Origin: Eledone cirrhosa
Lineage: Eukaryota
Assembly (NCBI GenBank): GCA_964016885.1
Contig: OZ024742.1
Location: 214,954,001 to 215,018,000 of the forward strand
DNA length: 64,000 nt
Reading direction: 5' to 3'
The notes below the pieces were generated by a model, which was given only the letters and a program-made list of their open reading frames with translations, did not search any database and was not told where the DNA came from. Positions within the stretch are counted from its first letter, which is position 1. Each line of letters begins with the position of its first letter. Shown here piece by piece: positions 13,032 to 24,884 of this stretch. A program made the translations under genes and the position numbers.

Positions 13032-13345
13032 CATAATCATATATATATATACACACGTACATACACACACATACATACATACATATTTACAGGCATACAC
13101 AGGCACACACATATATAGATATATGTACACACACCTACATAAGCAAACACAATTAATTATAAGAAAAGATAAAAAACAATGAACAACCATATAATGCAAT
13201 AGGCCGACACATAAAAATAAAAAATATACGACTTAAGAAAATGAAAATCATTATAAAGTTGACAGCGATACAGGAAAGGACACAAATAAATAAACTAACA
13301 CACGTGGTAAGCAATACACACATTTACACATACATATACATATAA

Positions 13346-13414
<69 letters not shown>

Positions 13415-13420
<6 letters not shown>

Positions 13421-13832
13421 AAGAATGAATAATAACAGGGAGACATCATAAAAAGGTAATTTATTCCGTGTGCTTACAAGTATTTCCACGGTGGTACTGC
13501 AGCCTAGTTATGCTGTTATTGTATTGCTCTGAGGAAACAGTGGTCACAGCATTGGATATTTGAGTTCTGCAAGTACTTGTGAATTTGCACGTAGCATAAC
13601 TAGGCTGCAGTACCACCGTGGAAACACTTGTAAGCACACGGAATAAATTACCTTTTTATGATGTCTCCCTGTTATTATTCATTCTTTATATACACTCCGG
13701 AATACTGAAGGATCAGGAACTAAGTTTCTTCAACAATTCTTCCATAACTCGTAGAGTAACCTCTTACCGTACGTCAACCATATCCAGTGTAGTAATTAAC
13801 CATTACTACATCTTGGATAATCCTATACCAAA
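13415..13832 (+). mobile_element. Solo pLTR-type insertion with 100-bp inverted arm and hammerhead
   Basis: Inverted arms 13415-13514/13593-13692; (TA)n on both sides. Confidence 0.75.
13525..13636 (+). ncRNA. Type I hammerhead motif with ~85-nt stem II domain
   Basis: TGCT-CTGAGGA-AACAGTGGT...ACCACCGTG-GAAA-CACTTG-TA-AGCA; triplet GUA. Confidence 0.65.
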
Positions 13833-13845
13833 TATATATATATAT

Positions 13846-13918
<73 letters not shown>

Positions 13919-14117
13919 AAAATACATAAATATTATATATATATAAAAATGAAAAGGTGGAAGGGGTAAACAAATAGTTGGGAAACGACAAATACTAAAT
14001 AAATAATTAAATAGATAAAGGTATAAATGTTTATAGCTGATTTAGAGCACCTATATACACTTATACACACACACACACATACACAACTATACAAATACAC
14101 ACACACACACATACACC

Positions 14118-14165
<48 letters not shown>

Positions 14166-14223
14166 AGAAAGTATGACATATACACACACACACACACACA
14201 CACTAATATACACACACATATAA

Positions 14224-14278
<55 letters not shown>

Positions 14279-14310
14279 CATATAGATACAGATATATATA
14301 ATTATATACA

Positions 14311-14396
<86 letters not shown>

Positions 14397-14639
14397 CACA
14401 TATTCACAACACATACATACACACTGAAATAAATATCTATAAATAAAAAAGGTGGGTATGTAAAGTGTAAGGTAGAAAGTAGGGGGGAGTAAGGAAAATA
14501 AATAACATAGGAAAAAGTTTAAATATAAGGGGAGATAAGGGAGAAAAAGAATATAAGGGTACAGAAAGTGAGTTCATAGAGTAATAAAAATCGTAGTGGG
14601 TGTAATGCGTAAAGAGCAGAGAAGAAGTTCAAGTTGGTT

Positions 14640-15158
14640 GAGTCATCGTAGGAATGTCAAGCCAGTTACAGAGCAGATGTGATTTCAGGTGAGGACAACA
14701 TCTGAAGATTTCGGTCTTGGATTTCCGGCAAGTTAAAGTGGCTTTCAAGTTTTGTAGAATTCTAAATGTTTCAGTGGTACCCAAAGAACAATTCTTTGTG
14801 CCCCTTTGGTATTCCCTCGAATGGTCTAAAATAGATCAATCGATAGAGTACGGGATGATTTTATCTTTGAATTCCCACACCTTATATGGGAGAGCCGTTG
14901 ATGTTCTTTTATCAAAGTGTTTAAAAAAAGCGACATGTGCATAAAACCTGGTTTGAACCTGTCCTGAGTCATGCCAACATATCGTTCACTCCTGGCTGGT
15001 TGGTTGTTAATCAAAGGTGTCACTTTGGCCTCATATACAACGGATTCGGTATTACATTTGCCCTGTAATGGGCATTCATCCGGCTTCCTGCAACTGAATC
15101 CTGGATTTATTCTCGTACGATTACAATTGGTGATTTTAGACTTCATTGATGGGCAGCA
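14640..15158 (-). pseudogene. PLE (Naiad type) GIY-YIG C-terminal fragment
   Basis: FSCRKPDECPLQGKCNTESVVYEAKV...RYVGMTQDRFK. Confidence 0.85.
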
Positions 15159-15160
15159 AT

Positions 15161-16741
15161 ATATATTCTAGGGTGGGTAAATTTCCCGAGATCCATGGAC
15201 GAGATCTCTCCAGCGGTCTTTGTCCCTCATTACCGCTCCCATGTCCTGCGTCTCCTACAGACCAGTGTCTGTCCTTAGGGCATCAACATACGTTAACCTT
15301 GGTCTTCCAGTGTGTCCATGTAGGGGCTCCCACAGGAGCACTGAGTGCAATGTCAACTCTGGATGTCCGTGAGCACGTCCAGCTAACCCCAGTCTCCTCT
15401 GTGTCACTTTTGAGCTGACTTTTGGGAGGCTCCCATACAGCTCTGAGTTTTTCATCCTCAGTGTATACTGATTAATGTTCAGAGCCATCCTCAGTATTCT
15501 CCTGTAGCACCCATCTACCATCTGAGTGAGTTTCTTGGTCAGTGTCCAAGTCTCAGACCCGTACAGCAGCACATAGTCCACTACAGCAATGATGAAGCGG
15601 ATTTTCAGGTCTTTACGAATGTCCGACTTCCACACCGATCTCAAGCTGTGGCACGCCGCCCAGGCTTTGCTCTTCCTCTCAACCACATCATCTTCCGTAT
15701 TCCCAATCTTTGCTCCTAAATACAGGAAGACCTCAACTAATTCTAGCGGCATCCCGCCTACATTAGTGATCCCCTCTGGCTTCTCAACATTCTCTACCAT
15801 ATATTTTGTTTTAGTCTCATTCATTCTCAACCCCACACTCATCGACACAGTCTCAACCTCCTGCATCAAATCCTCTGCCTCCTTCACTGTATTTGTCACC
15901 AAAATTATGTCGTCGACAAATTCAGCATCCGATATCTTTTTCGCCTTAACTCTCCTGCTCTGAACCGGTGGTACAGTAAAGCCAGAGTCCTGGTGTTTCT
16001 CCAGTGCAAGGCGCATACAATAGTCTACTACGATGATAAAAAGGTAGGGAATCAATGTATCTGCCTGGAGCACTCCAGCCAGTATCTCAAAGAACTCTGT
16101 CATCCCATCAGGTGTAATGACTTGGGTTTTGGTGTTGGTGTAGATCAGGCGGCTGTTTGAAGAACTGGATATTGAGACAGAGCCTTTCACCAGAGAGGAG
16201 CTTCGGAGAGCCAAGAAGAAGATCAAGGAGGGCAAGGCTCATGGAGAAGATGAAGTGGCATCAGAGGTGATGAAGAGATGTGATTTTGATGTTATCATCC
16301 TGGGATTCTGTAACCAGGAACTGGAGAAAGGAGTTGCCCCGAATCAGTGGAGGATCAGTAACATCGTCCCAGTGCCAAAGAAAGGACATCTCTCCAACAC
16401 CAACAACTACAGGGGATCTCACTGACGTCACTTGTGGCAAAGACCCTCAACAGGATAATTCTTAACTGAATCCAGACTGAGATGGAGAAGAAGCTCAAGG
16501 ACAACCAGAACGGCTTCAGAGAGGGAAGATCAACCACCAGTCACATCCTGATGCTGAGGAGGATATTAGAGGGAGCTAGAGCAAAGTGCCTTCCTGCGGG
16601 CATGATTTTCATTGACTTTAAGAAGGCCGTTGATTCTGTGGACCGTCACTGCCTAATGAAGATCTTACAGGCTTATGGAATCCTCAAGAAGATAGTGGAC
16701 CTGATATCACCGCTCTACACCAACACCAAAGCCCAAGTCAT
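15161..16741 (-). mobile_element. 5'-truncated RTE-type LINE with inverted 5' segment
   Basis: 15161-16143 minus: GVLQADTLIPYLF, EFVDDI, LLYGSETWTLT, GRPRLTYVD. 16143-16741 plus: PVPKKG, NYRGISL, NQNGFREGRST, FIDFKKAVDSV. Confidence 0.92.
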
Positions 16742-16970
16742 ATATACATATATGTACCTATATATATATATGACAAGTAAGTATGTTTTGAAACAGTGAG
16801 CAGGTTTGAAATTAGAAAATAGAATAGCTTTCACCGTATTTTTGACTAAAGAAATTTTAGTCTGATAATGGGGTTTAGAACCCTCAGATAAATGGAAAAA
16901 GATGAGTATTGACGTACATGGGAGTCAAACGCACATGTTTGGTTATCCAGACCACTGTGCTACCATTACA

Positions 16971-17721
16971 CTAACACATCACCCATCTCCTTCCATTCAA
17001 ATTAGAAGCTACATTCTTAGCGAGTATAAATGACAAGTAAGTATGTTTTGAAACAAGTAAGTATGTTTCGAATGGTAGCAATGCTGGGTTACTCGGAGGG
17101 TTATTATAAGTTTTAAACCCAGATTTATCCTGTTTGTTGTCTGCTTTTCTTTGATTATCGAAATAAAAGGCACGCCAACGCAACCTTTTATTGAACGCGT
17201 CTGTTTTCTGAATCAGGAGTTTTAGGTATATTTTCCTGCTTGGTACGGGTATGTTCTTTGTAGAAATATTCAGATGTTGTTTCTGCATGAAGAATATAAG
17301 TCTATAGAGTGCTCAACCGAGGGAGCCAAATAGTAATAATAATAAATTTGAAGACTAGAATCCAAAGAGGGCTCGATAAGGATAAATATATATCAGATAT
17401 ATAAGAATCGCAGAGCAAATATTTATTAAAATAAAAGATTAAAATTTAAGTAAAGAATCGCTGCTTTAACATTTAACGGGATCTTCGTCTTCGCGTGTAA
17501 TTGTTTTCACTGCACGAAAATAATGACGCATCATCTTCGTTTTTTTTCAGTTTTTTTGCCAGGGAACGTTTCCTCAAACCAAAGTATCACCTTGCTGTCT
17601 TCCTTCGGTTGCAACGTTTTTTTAAATATTTATTTCACAGATTGACTTTTTTAGTTTCAGGAGATCCCGTTAAGGGGGAAAGCAGCGATTGTTTGCTTAA
17701 ACTTTAATCTGTTATTTTAAT
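16971..17721 (-). mobile_element. PLE (Naiad type) 5' end: inverted arm, pLTR and ORF start
   Basis: ISTKNIPVPSRKIYLKLLIQKTDAFNKRLRWRAFYF is homologous to 10214-10834; inverted repeats about 17425-17485/17660-17721. Confidence 0.85.
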
Positions 17722-17771
17722 CTGTTATATACATACTGATATATATATAGAGAGAGAAAGATATTATTATT

Positions 17772-18857
17772 GTTCTTTGAGTCTCAGTCATTGATGTTAT
17801 TTAACTGGAAAGTTTGTTGAAATGAATATCAAGCCACTACCTGCAGCCTCATATATTCAGGACGTATCGGAGTGTTCTTGCTGTTCCCAGCAAGCATGCC
17901 TTTTGAAGCGTTCCAAAAAGCGTGAAGGGACCAATTTTCTTTAACCATCCTTGGAAACTCTTTGAGATAGTACCTAGTGCGCCTATGACAATCGGGACCA
18001 CTTTGACCTCATGGCAGTTCCAAATCCATTTTATCTCCCACTTCAAATCCTGGTATCGGTTAATTTTCCCCCTCTCCTACTCTTGCACTCTCGTGTCGAA
18101 TGGGCAGGCTACATCCACAATCAGGCACGATCTTTTTCCCTTGTCCAAAACCACCAGGTCAGGTATATTGTGTTCCAGTTACTTGTCCGTCTGTATCCTA
18201 AAATCCTACAGGACCTTCACCTGATCGTTTTCCATCACCGACTCTGGCTTATGCTCATACCACTTCTCAGAATGTGGTAAATTGTTTACTTTGCATAGGT
18301 GCCAGTGGATCACCCTGCCAATCACATCATGTCTCCAGCCCTTATAGTGAGTCCGGGCTAGGTGTTTACACTCAGATACAATGTGAGCCACAGTCTCCTC
18401 TCTCTCTCCACAGATCCTACATAGTGGGCTAGCCTCCGCCTTGTAAATATGGTGTTTCAACCACTTCGTTTTGAGGGCCTGCTCTTGCGCAGCCATTAGG
18501 ATTCTTTCTGTAGCCTTTTTAAGGTCTCCTCTTTTCAACCAGTTCCATGTCTGTGGATCTCTAAATTCAGTTTTCTCAAAGAAGGCACTATGAAGGGATT
18601 TTTCATGAAGGCTGCCATTCCTCCTTGTTGTTATTTCCTCCTTGGACATCCCCTGGTCTATTGTCCTCTCCTTCAGTACAATTCTGAGCATTGGCTCCCT
18701 ACTATCAGTCACGTATTTGTGTAGGTTATTTTTCTCCATCTGAACACAGTCCTCTATGCTGATAAGAATTCTTCCACCTTCAGATCTCATTAAGTAGAGT
18801 CTAGCGACATCACTCCTTTTGTAAAGCATGTTGTAGGTAGTCAATAGCTTCCTAGTC

Positions 18858-18858
<1 letters not shown>
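17772..18858 (-). mobile_element. R4/Dong-clade non-LTR retrotransposon, 3' fragment
   Basis: CRICGEREETVAHIVSEC knuckle, RHD, PD...D restriction-like endonuclease, VVPIVIGALG; flanked by (ATT)n. Confidence 0.9.

Positions 18859-18923
<65 letters not shown>
18859..18923. repeat. (ATT)n microsatellite
   Basis: Direct reading. Confidence 0.98.
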
Positions 18924-19142
18924 GGCGACCTACGTAGTAAATCGTATCATCGTGAGCTCCGCAAAGTTTGTTATTTTCAGTTGTTTAAAATTGCCATTTA
19001 TGGAAAATTTTTATTGTTAACTGTACATAAGTGCACATCCATTGATTTCTGAAATGGACACTCAAAAATATTGGGGCCTTGAGCCCAAAATCTAATCTTT
19101 TTATAATTATCAAACAAAAACAAAAATTTTCTTTGAAAAATC

Positions 19143-20480
19143 ATGGCCGACTCAGTAGCTGAGACCCTTCCTCACAAACTAACACCTCACACCGACACCA
19201 CCATTGTAAATATTACTACGTTTGCCAACACTAAAAATATAAGCAGTAACAATATTTTAAATTTGTCTCAGGCAGACATTCATTTCCCGCCATTACCAAT
19301 GACTGCAGGTGTTAAAGCCGCCACCCCCACCCCTACCACAGCGACAACAGAAACAAAAGAAAAAAGTAAATTAACTCGTGATATCGAAATGAATTCAACC
19401 AAAATGATCTCTTCCACACCGAACACCACTGACGCCACCACCACCACCACCACAACTGAAACTAAAATTAACAATAACAAAAATAACGATAACAACAGCA
19501 ACAATGAAATTAAGAAAACTACCCTGAGTTTTGCCAGAGTAGCAGAAACGTGCAAAGCGATCCAGGTAACTCAGGAGGAATTAGAAGAAGCCAAAAGAAT
19601 GGTAAAGAAAGATGGGTACAGGGTCAGCCCCCCCCCCCCCCCACACACACACATACACACACATAATAAAATGGAGCATCGTCGCCTATGCACCGTGTCT
19701 TATCGGACAATTAACATAAAATCGCGCCAAGTGGAACGAGCATCCGAGTCCCAAATCCAAAAAGCTTTGGGACATGTGTGGGCCAAAAAAAACCACGTGT
19801 TCTTTGAAACACCACAGGAGGCCAGAGAACACTCCATGGCCCCATTAAGAAGTGACGACTTCACACTGGTCCCAAGCTATTGTGGCCAGAGACTTGTGAA
19901 GATCAGGGTGACCCACGTTCCACCGGCCATCGAAATTCCCTGGCTAATGGCTGCCGTCCTCGCCGGCAACGAGGCTAACACCAAGATAATCGAAATAGCG
20001 AAAGAAAAGCAGGAGAACTGGTCCGGATCTAGGATGGAGCTCCTGATCCAAGCGGACCATAAAAGCATTGAGGAGATCCCAGAGGTAATAGACCTCACTG
20101 ACGGCAGCCACCTCACCGTAATCGTCGAGGGCAGAAGGCCAAGGTTTGTCGTTTGTGGTGAAGGAACCCACCTAAGGGCTTTCTGCCCTCAGGCTAAAAG
20201 GTTGAGGCCACCTCTCTTACCCACACCAGTGACTCAACCATCAACACCACCAGCAGCAGAGATGGCAGCAACAACTGTGGCAGGAACAACAGAAGCAGCA
20301 ACAGTAGCAAAACCAACACCACCACCACCCAACGCGCCAGAACTAGCACCAGCGCCTACCCCATCCAGCACGCCACAACCAAAACCAACGCCTGTGAAGG
20401 ATTTTCTACTCCCCGACCTATCGCAACTGGAGACAGATTGTGACGACGAGGAGTGGGAAATGGTATCAGGAAAAAAGTAA
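19143..20480 (+). CDS. L1/Tx1 ORF1 protein (probably continued originally into the 20453 frame)
   Basis: 445-aa ORF; VEGRRPRFVVCGEGTHLRAFCP is a degenerate zinc knuckle; Pro/Thr-rich tail; A-run frameshift near 20475. Confidence 0.75.
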   Translation: MADSVAETLPHKLTPHTDTTIVNITTFANTKNISSNNILNLSQADIHFPPLPMTAGVKAATPTPTTATTETKEKSKLTRDIEMNSTKMISSTPNTTDATTTTTTTETKINNNKNNDNNSNNEIKKTTLSFARVAETCKAIQVTQEELEEAKRMVKKDGYRVSPPPPPHTHIHTHNKMEHRRLCTVSYRTINIKSRQVERASESQIQKALGHVWAKKNHVFFETPQEAREHSMAPLRSDDFTLVPSYCGQRLVKIRVTHVPPAIEIPWLMAAVLAGNEANTKIIEIAKEKQENWSGSRMELLIQADHKSIEEIPEVIDLTDGSHLTVIVEGRRPRFVVCGEGTHLRAFCPQAKRLRPPLLPTPVTQPSTPPAAEMAATTVAGTTEAATVAKPTPPPPNAPELAPAPTPSSTPQPKPTPVKDFLLPDLSQLETDCDDEEWEMVSGKK

Positions 20481-21076
20481 AAAAGAAACCCAAAATGAAA
20501 AAAAATTCTCTTCCTTCCCCCTCCAAAAACAAAATAGAGAGGGAAACAAATAAATTATCAAACAAAAAAGTTAGGACTGATATGCCACCATCCACACCAG
20601 CATCACCAACCCCATCACCACAAACACCAACACAATCACCATCATTAACCCCAACACCACCATCACCAACACCACAAAAGTCACCAAAAAGTGTAACAGA
20701 AACAAACCACAACAAACGCAAACAAAACAAAACAACCAAAACGATACACACTACACAGCATTTAAATTTGAACAACAACCAATTATTACACTACATGCAA
20801 CACAATACCAGCATCACAGAAAAAGACTACACAACAACCCAAAAGTTCACACCACCTCTCCACGTACATATCACTCGCATCACACAGAAAACGTACACGA
20901 CACTAAAACAAAAATTCCCCAAAGACATCGGAGACTTCCGACGAACATTCTCCAGGAGGATTTATAAGGACATCCTTCTGGAAGAGGCCACAAGCAGTGA
21001 AAAGGATGGGCAAACCATCCTTCTTCTACGAGAAGTAAGGTTAGTGGTTATTCCATCTTTTCCACTCCATTTCAAC

Positions 21077-24000
21077 ATGACCTCACTCAGAATAGGCAGC
21101 ATAAATGCGCGTGGCTTGGGGTCGTCATGGAAGCAGGGTTACCAGCTCAACGACCTCAGGTCACTAAACAGAGATGTAGTGGCCATCAACGAGACCAGAT
21201 TATCCGAAACACAGGCCATCGCACCGATCTTCGGCGGCTACGATGTGTACGCATCTCCCAGCCGTCCGGGGTCGGGGGGAGGAATTGCTGTGCTTTTTCG
21301 GAGAGGTTTGGAGCTCGCAATACGGGCCATCTTCCTGGACCCAGAAGGTAAGTTGGTGCCGCTAGACGTGACCAGTGGAGACGGGCAAGTTTTCAGGCTA
21401 GTGGCCGTCTATGCCCCGACAGGACCAGGCCGGCCTGATTTCACTGAAGTACTTTCTTGGAACGTCCCGCTCTTTAGTGTTAGTGGGCGACTGGAACGGG
21501 ATCTTAGATGCACGCTGGGACTGAGTGGGATTAGCGGATAGGGGAGGAGGGTGCAAGAGCCTCACCAACCTGCTCAGGCGTTTTGAACTGTCTGACAGGT
21601 ACTGATTGGACTTCCCGAATGTGCCAATGTGGACTTGGACAAATCGCATAGGGTCATCCAGATTATATCTAGATAGAGTATTTTGTAGGGAAATAGATAG
21701 GTCTAGCATAGGCTGTCCACTCTTCAAGATAGTCAGCTACACGAACCACAAATTCGTGATCTGTGTTCTTGACTTAGATAGGCTTCATAGACGAGGACCC
21801 GGCTACTGGAAGCTAAACGCATCCTTACCAGCGCGCAAGGCCTACAGAAACCGGATTAGCGAACTAGTTAAGCGGGCGTTGACGGGGGCCATCGTTAACA
21901 ACAAGTGGTGGTTTACTCTGAAAAAAACTATTATAATAGAGTCCATTAGGTTTAGTAAGGCTTTAGCAATAGAGAAAAATATAGCAGAGGGAGAACTAGT
22001 TAGACAATTAGACGAGGAAAATTAGACGCCGTACTTGCGGCGAAATTGGCCCTTGACTAATTCTTCAATGCAAAGCACGAAGGCTGCGTTGTCAGAGCTA
22101 TGATGCGTGCTCTCAGACACGAGGGGACGAAAGCCGTTCGATGGGCCCGGGCAGCGGAGGCGCGTCGTGGCAACAAAGCCACGATCCGTTCTTTGGTGGG
22201 CCACGACGGGCGCATGCTACTCGATCCCGGGAAAATGTGCGAAGCTTTTCAGTGACATTTCGCTCAGCTGTTCGGGGGCAGCGGTGGGCCGGATTGAGGG
22301 ATGGACTTTAGTGTCTACCTCGACGGACTACCGCGGCTCTCGGCCACAGAGGCGGAGGGTTGCGAAAAGCCGATAACAGCCGCTGAAGTACGTGAGGCAA
22401 TGACTGGCTACACAAGGGGTAAATCGCCTGGTTTGGATGGTCTGCCCCATGAACTTTACGTACAGATGCCAGACTTGTTCGGAGGCCTCTTGGCAGACGT
22501 TAACTGCAACTGGCAACAGAACGGAAGAATTCCCAGCTCTGTGAGCCGAGGAGCTGTGGCGCTGCTGAGAAAGGATCCGAACAAGGGGGATAACATAGAT
22601 AATTTTAGGCCCATGACTCTGCTAAACACAGAGTTCAAGATTTTGGCCAAGGTGCTAGAAAAGAGGTTGGCGCTTGTCGTTGGTGGTCTGGTGGGAGAGG
22701 CGCAGACATGCGCCATTCCAGACAGATCCCTCCACGACAACCTCTACCTCATGCGATACATCGTAGAGAGGGTTGCTAGGGAACCTGGTACGGGTGGGTC
22801 CTTGATCAATTTAGATCAGTCGAAAGCTTTCGATAAGGTCGACCATCGTTACCTAGCGGCAGTCCTGAGGGCGGCTGGCTTTGGGCCCGTCTTCAGAGGC
22901 TGGATCGCTGCCATGCACAGCGACATCTGCTCTGTGGTGATAGTGAACGGTCACCTTTGGGAACCGTTCAACATCATGCGCTCGGTCTGCCAAGGATGTC
23001 CCCTCTCGTCCCTCTTGTACGAATTGACTCTCGAGTCATTACTGCACAAACTGGAGACGTTGAGGGGGCACCCGCGCGAACTAGGATGCGGAAGATCCGT
23101 GTCAGCATACGGTTAAATTGCTCGGGGTCTGGTTCGGTCCGGACCTCCAGACGGACAAAAACTGGGACGAGGTGACGAGCAGGGTGGCTTCTCTCACCCA
23201 GAAATGGGCTGAGAGGAAGCTATCCCTGAAAGGTCAAGCGGAGGTGGCTAACGTGTATATCGCGTCCGTCATCTACTATCGCCTGACCTTCGTACCTTGT
23301 CCTAAGTCCAGCCTGAAAGCGCTGGAGCATTTGCTCTTTCGCTTTTTGTGGAAGGGAGGCGCTCCTATGGTTAGGCGGTCAATCTGCTGTCAACACGCTA
23401 TACGTGGCTGATGATACGCAGACACGCGCTTAGGCTACGACATCTCCACCTCTTCCTCGACGGTGATCAGGTGTGGTCGCCGTTTACTAGACACGTCTTT
23501 CCCCAGCTCCGATGGTCAGGCGGTCAATCTGCTGTCAACACCCGCTACGTGGCTGATAATGCGTGGCTGATGATGCGCAGACACGCGCATAGGCTACGAC
23601 ATCAACACCTCTTCCTCGACGATGATCAGGTGTGGTCGCCGTTTGCTAGACATGTCTTTCCCCAGCTCGTCTCCTTGACGAAGCTGCAGTCCTAGGTCAA
23701 GCGAAGACCGAGAGGGAGCGCTTGGAGACTGGAATGTCTTCAAGCGCTCACAACCCTCGACCAATCGGGCAATGTGATGGGTGGAAACTCCACCTTGGCG
23801 TCCTATAGTGGATTAGTGGAGGAGAAGAGCGACGACGTACTTGGAGAAACTCGAGGCGTCGACGAAAATCAACTAGCCAATCTCCTCGGAAGGACTTTCG
23901 GGCCGGGACCTATGAACAACTTCCAGAAATCTCTGGCCTGGCAGTGCTACCGAGGAGATTTGCCAGTTCGGGATAAACTCTACATGCATGGAGGTGCCGT

Positions 24001-24427
24001 CAACCGGGCATGTCCAAGATGCGCGCAGGGCGACGAAACCGTCCTGCACGCACTCGTCCAGTGTCCGAGCATTGCTGACTTGTGGGTTTATGTCGAACAC
24101 CTGCTGTCGCGTGTAGGACGGATCCAGCTATCAACTGAGTCCATCGTGAGTATTGCCCCACCCTCTTCCTTTAGCCGGGAAGGGCAGGTAGTTTTTATCT
24201 GTCTGGTGGCCATGGCGAAAGAGATAGTATGGTGGACACGTTTGAAAAGGCTGAAGACGAGCACTTACCTCTTCGGTGATGCCCTGATTAACTTTTTCAA
24301 ATTTCATTTGAAAAGGAAAATCAGGGTAGAGAGGGAAGTGCTCTCTTCCCAGCATTTTATTGAAAGATGGGTGAGAGAAGCAAGTATGGCCCGAGTGAAT
24401 GGGCCTACTCTGAGTATGTGTCTTTAA
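21077..24427 (+). pseudogene. L1/Tx1 ORF2 (APE endonuclease, RT, zinc finger), disrupted
   Basis: SINARGL, INETRL, VYAP, GDWN, YLDRV; KSPGLDGLP, FRPMTLLNTEFKILAK, DQSKAFDKVDH, QGCPLS; YADD deleted at ~23113; ~145-bp tandem duplication 23367-23669; CPRC...ETVLHALVQC. Confidence 0.92.
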
Positions 24428-24692
24428 ATTAAAGGTGGAAAACTGGGAGAGGGCACTTGCCTTGGTGGTCAGGGTCACTGTGACCTTTTAATGGGCTTTC
24501 TCCACAAATGTCCTTCGGAAGTCTCCACCCTATTGGGGAATTTGTCATTGTTATTTTTATTACATCCTCTGTTTTTTTTACAGGCAGAAATGCCCATTTG
24601 TACCGTCCTGTATTGTCCTGTATTGTCCTTAATGTCTACTTTATGTAAACCATTGTGGTTAATAAAGAAAGCATTATTATTATCATTATTAT

Positions 24693-24870
24693 TATCGGTA
24701 GAGGGTTGGACGCCATGCTTTCTAGCATAGTTACGTCCCTTTACAGTCTGAGTTCAAATCCCGCCGAGGTTAACTTTGCCTTTCATCCTTACGGGGTCGA
24801 TAAAATAAAGTACCAGTAATGTACTGGATAATTGCTGGCCTTGTGCCTAAAGTAGAAACAATTATTATTA
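24693..24870 (+). mobile_element. tRNA-derived SINE with Meta-type core
   Basis: B box GAGTTCAAATCC; core CTTTGCCTTTCATCCTTACGGGGTCGATAAAATAAAGTACCAGT; ATT tail. Confidence 0.9.
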
Positions 24871-24884
24871 CAGCTGCATTTATC

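Larger units (their letters stand above)
18924..24672 (+). mobile_element. Near full-length L1/Tx1-clade LINE inserted in (ATT)n
   Basis: 5' UTR, ORF1, APE-RT ORF2, 3' UTR ending AATAAAGAAAGC; ATT repeats on both sides. Confidence 0.9.

Noticed and set aside
15255-16235. 326-aa ORF as an intact protein
   Set aside because: The first ~30 residues are the antisense of the inverted LINE segment; the ORF is a chimeric artefact.
20453-21541. 362-aa ORF as a separate gene
   Set aside because: It is a frameshifted ORF1 tail reading into the ORF2 endonuclease of the decayed Tx1 element.
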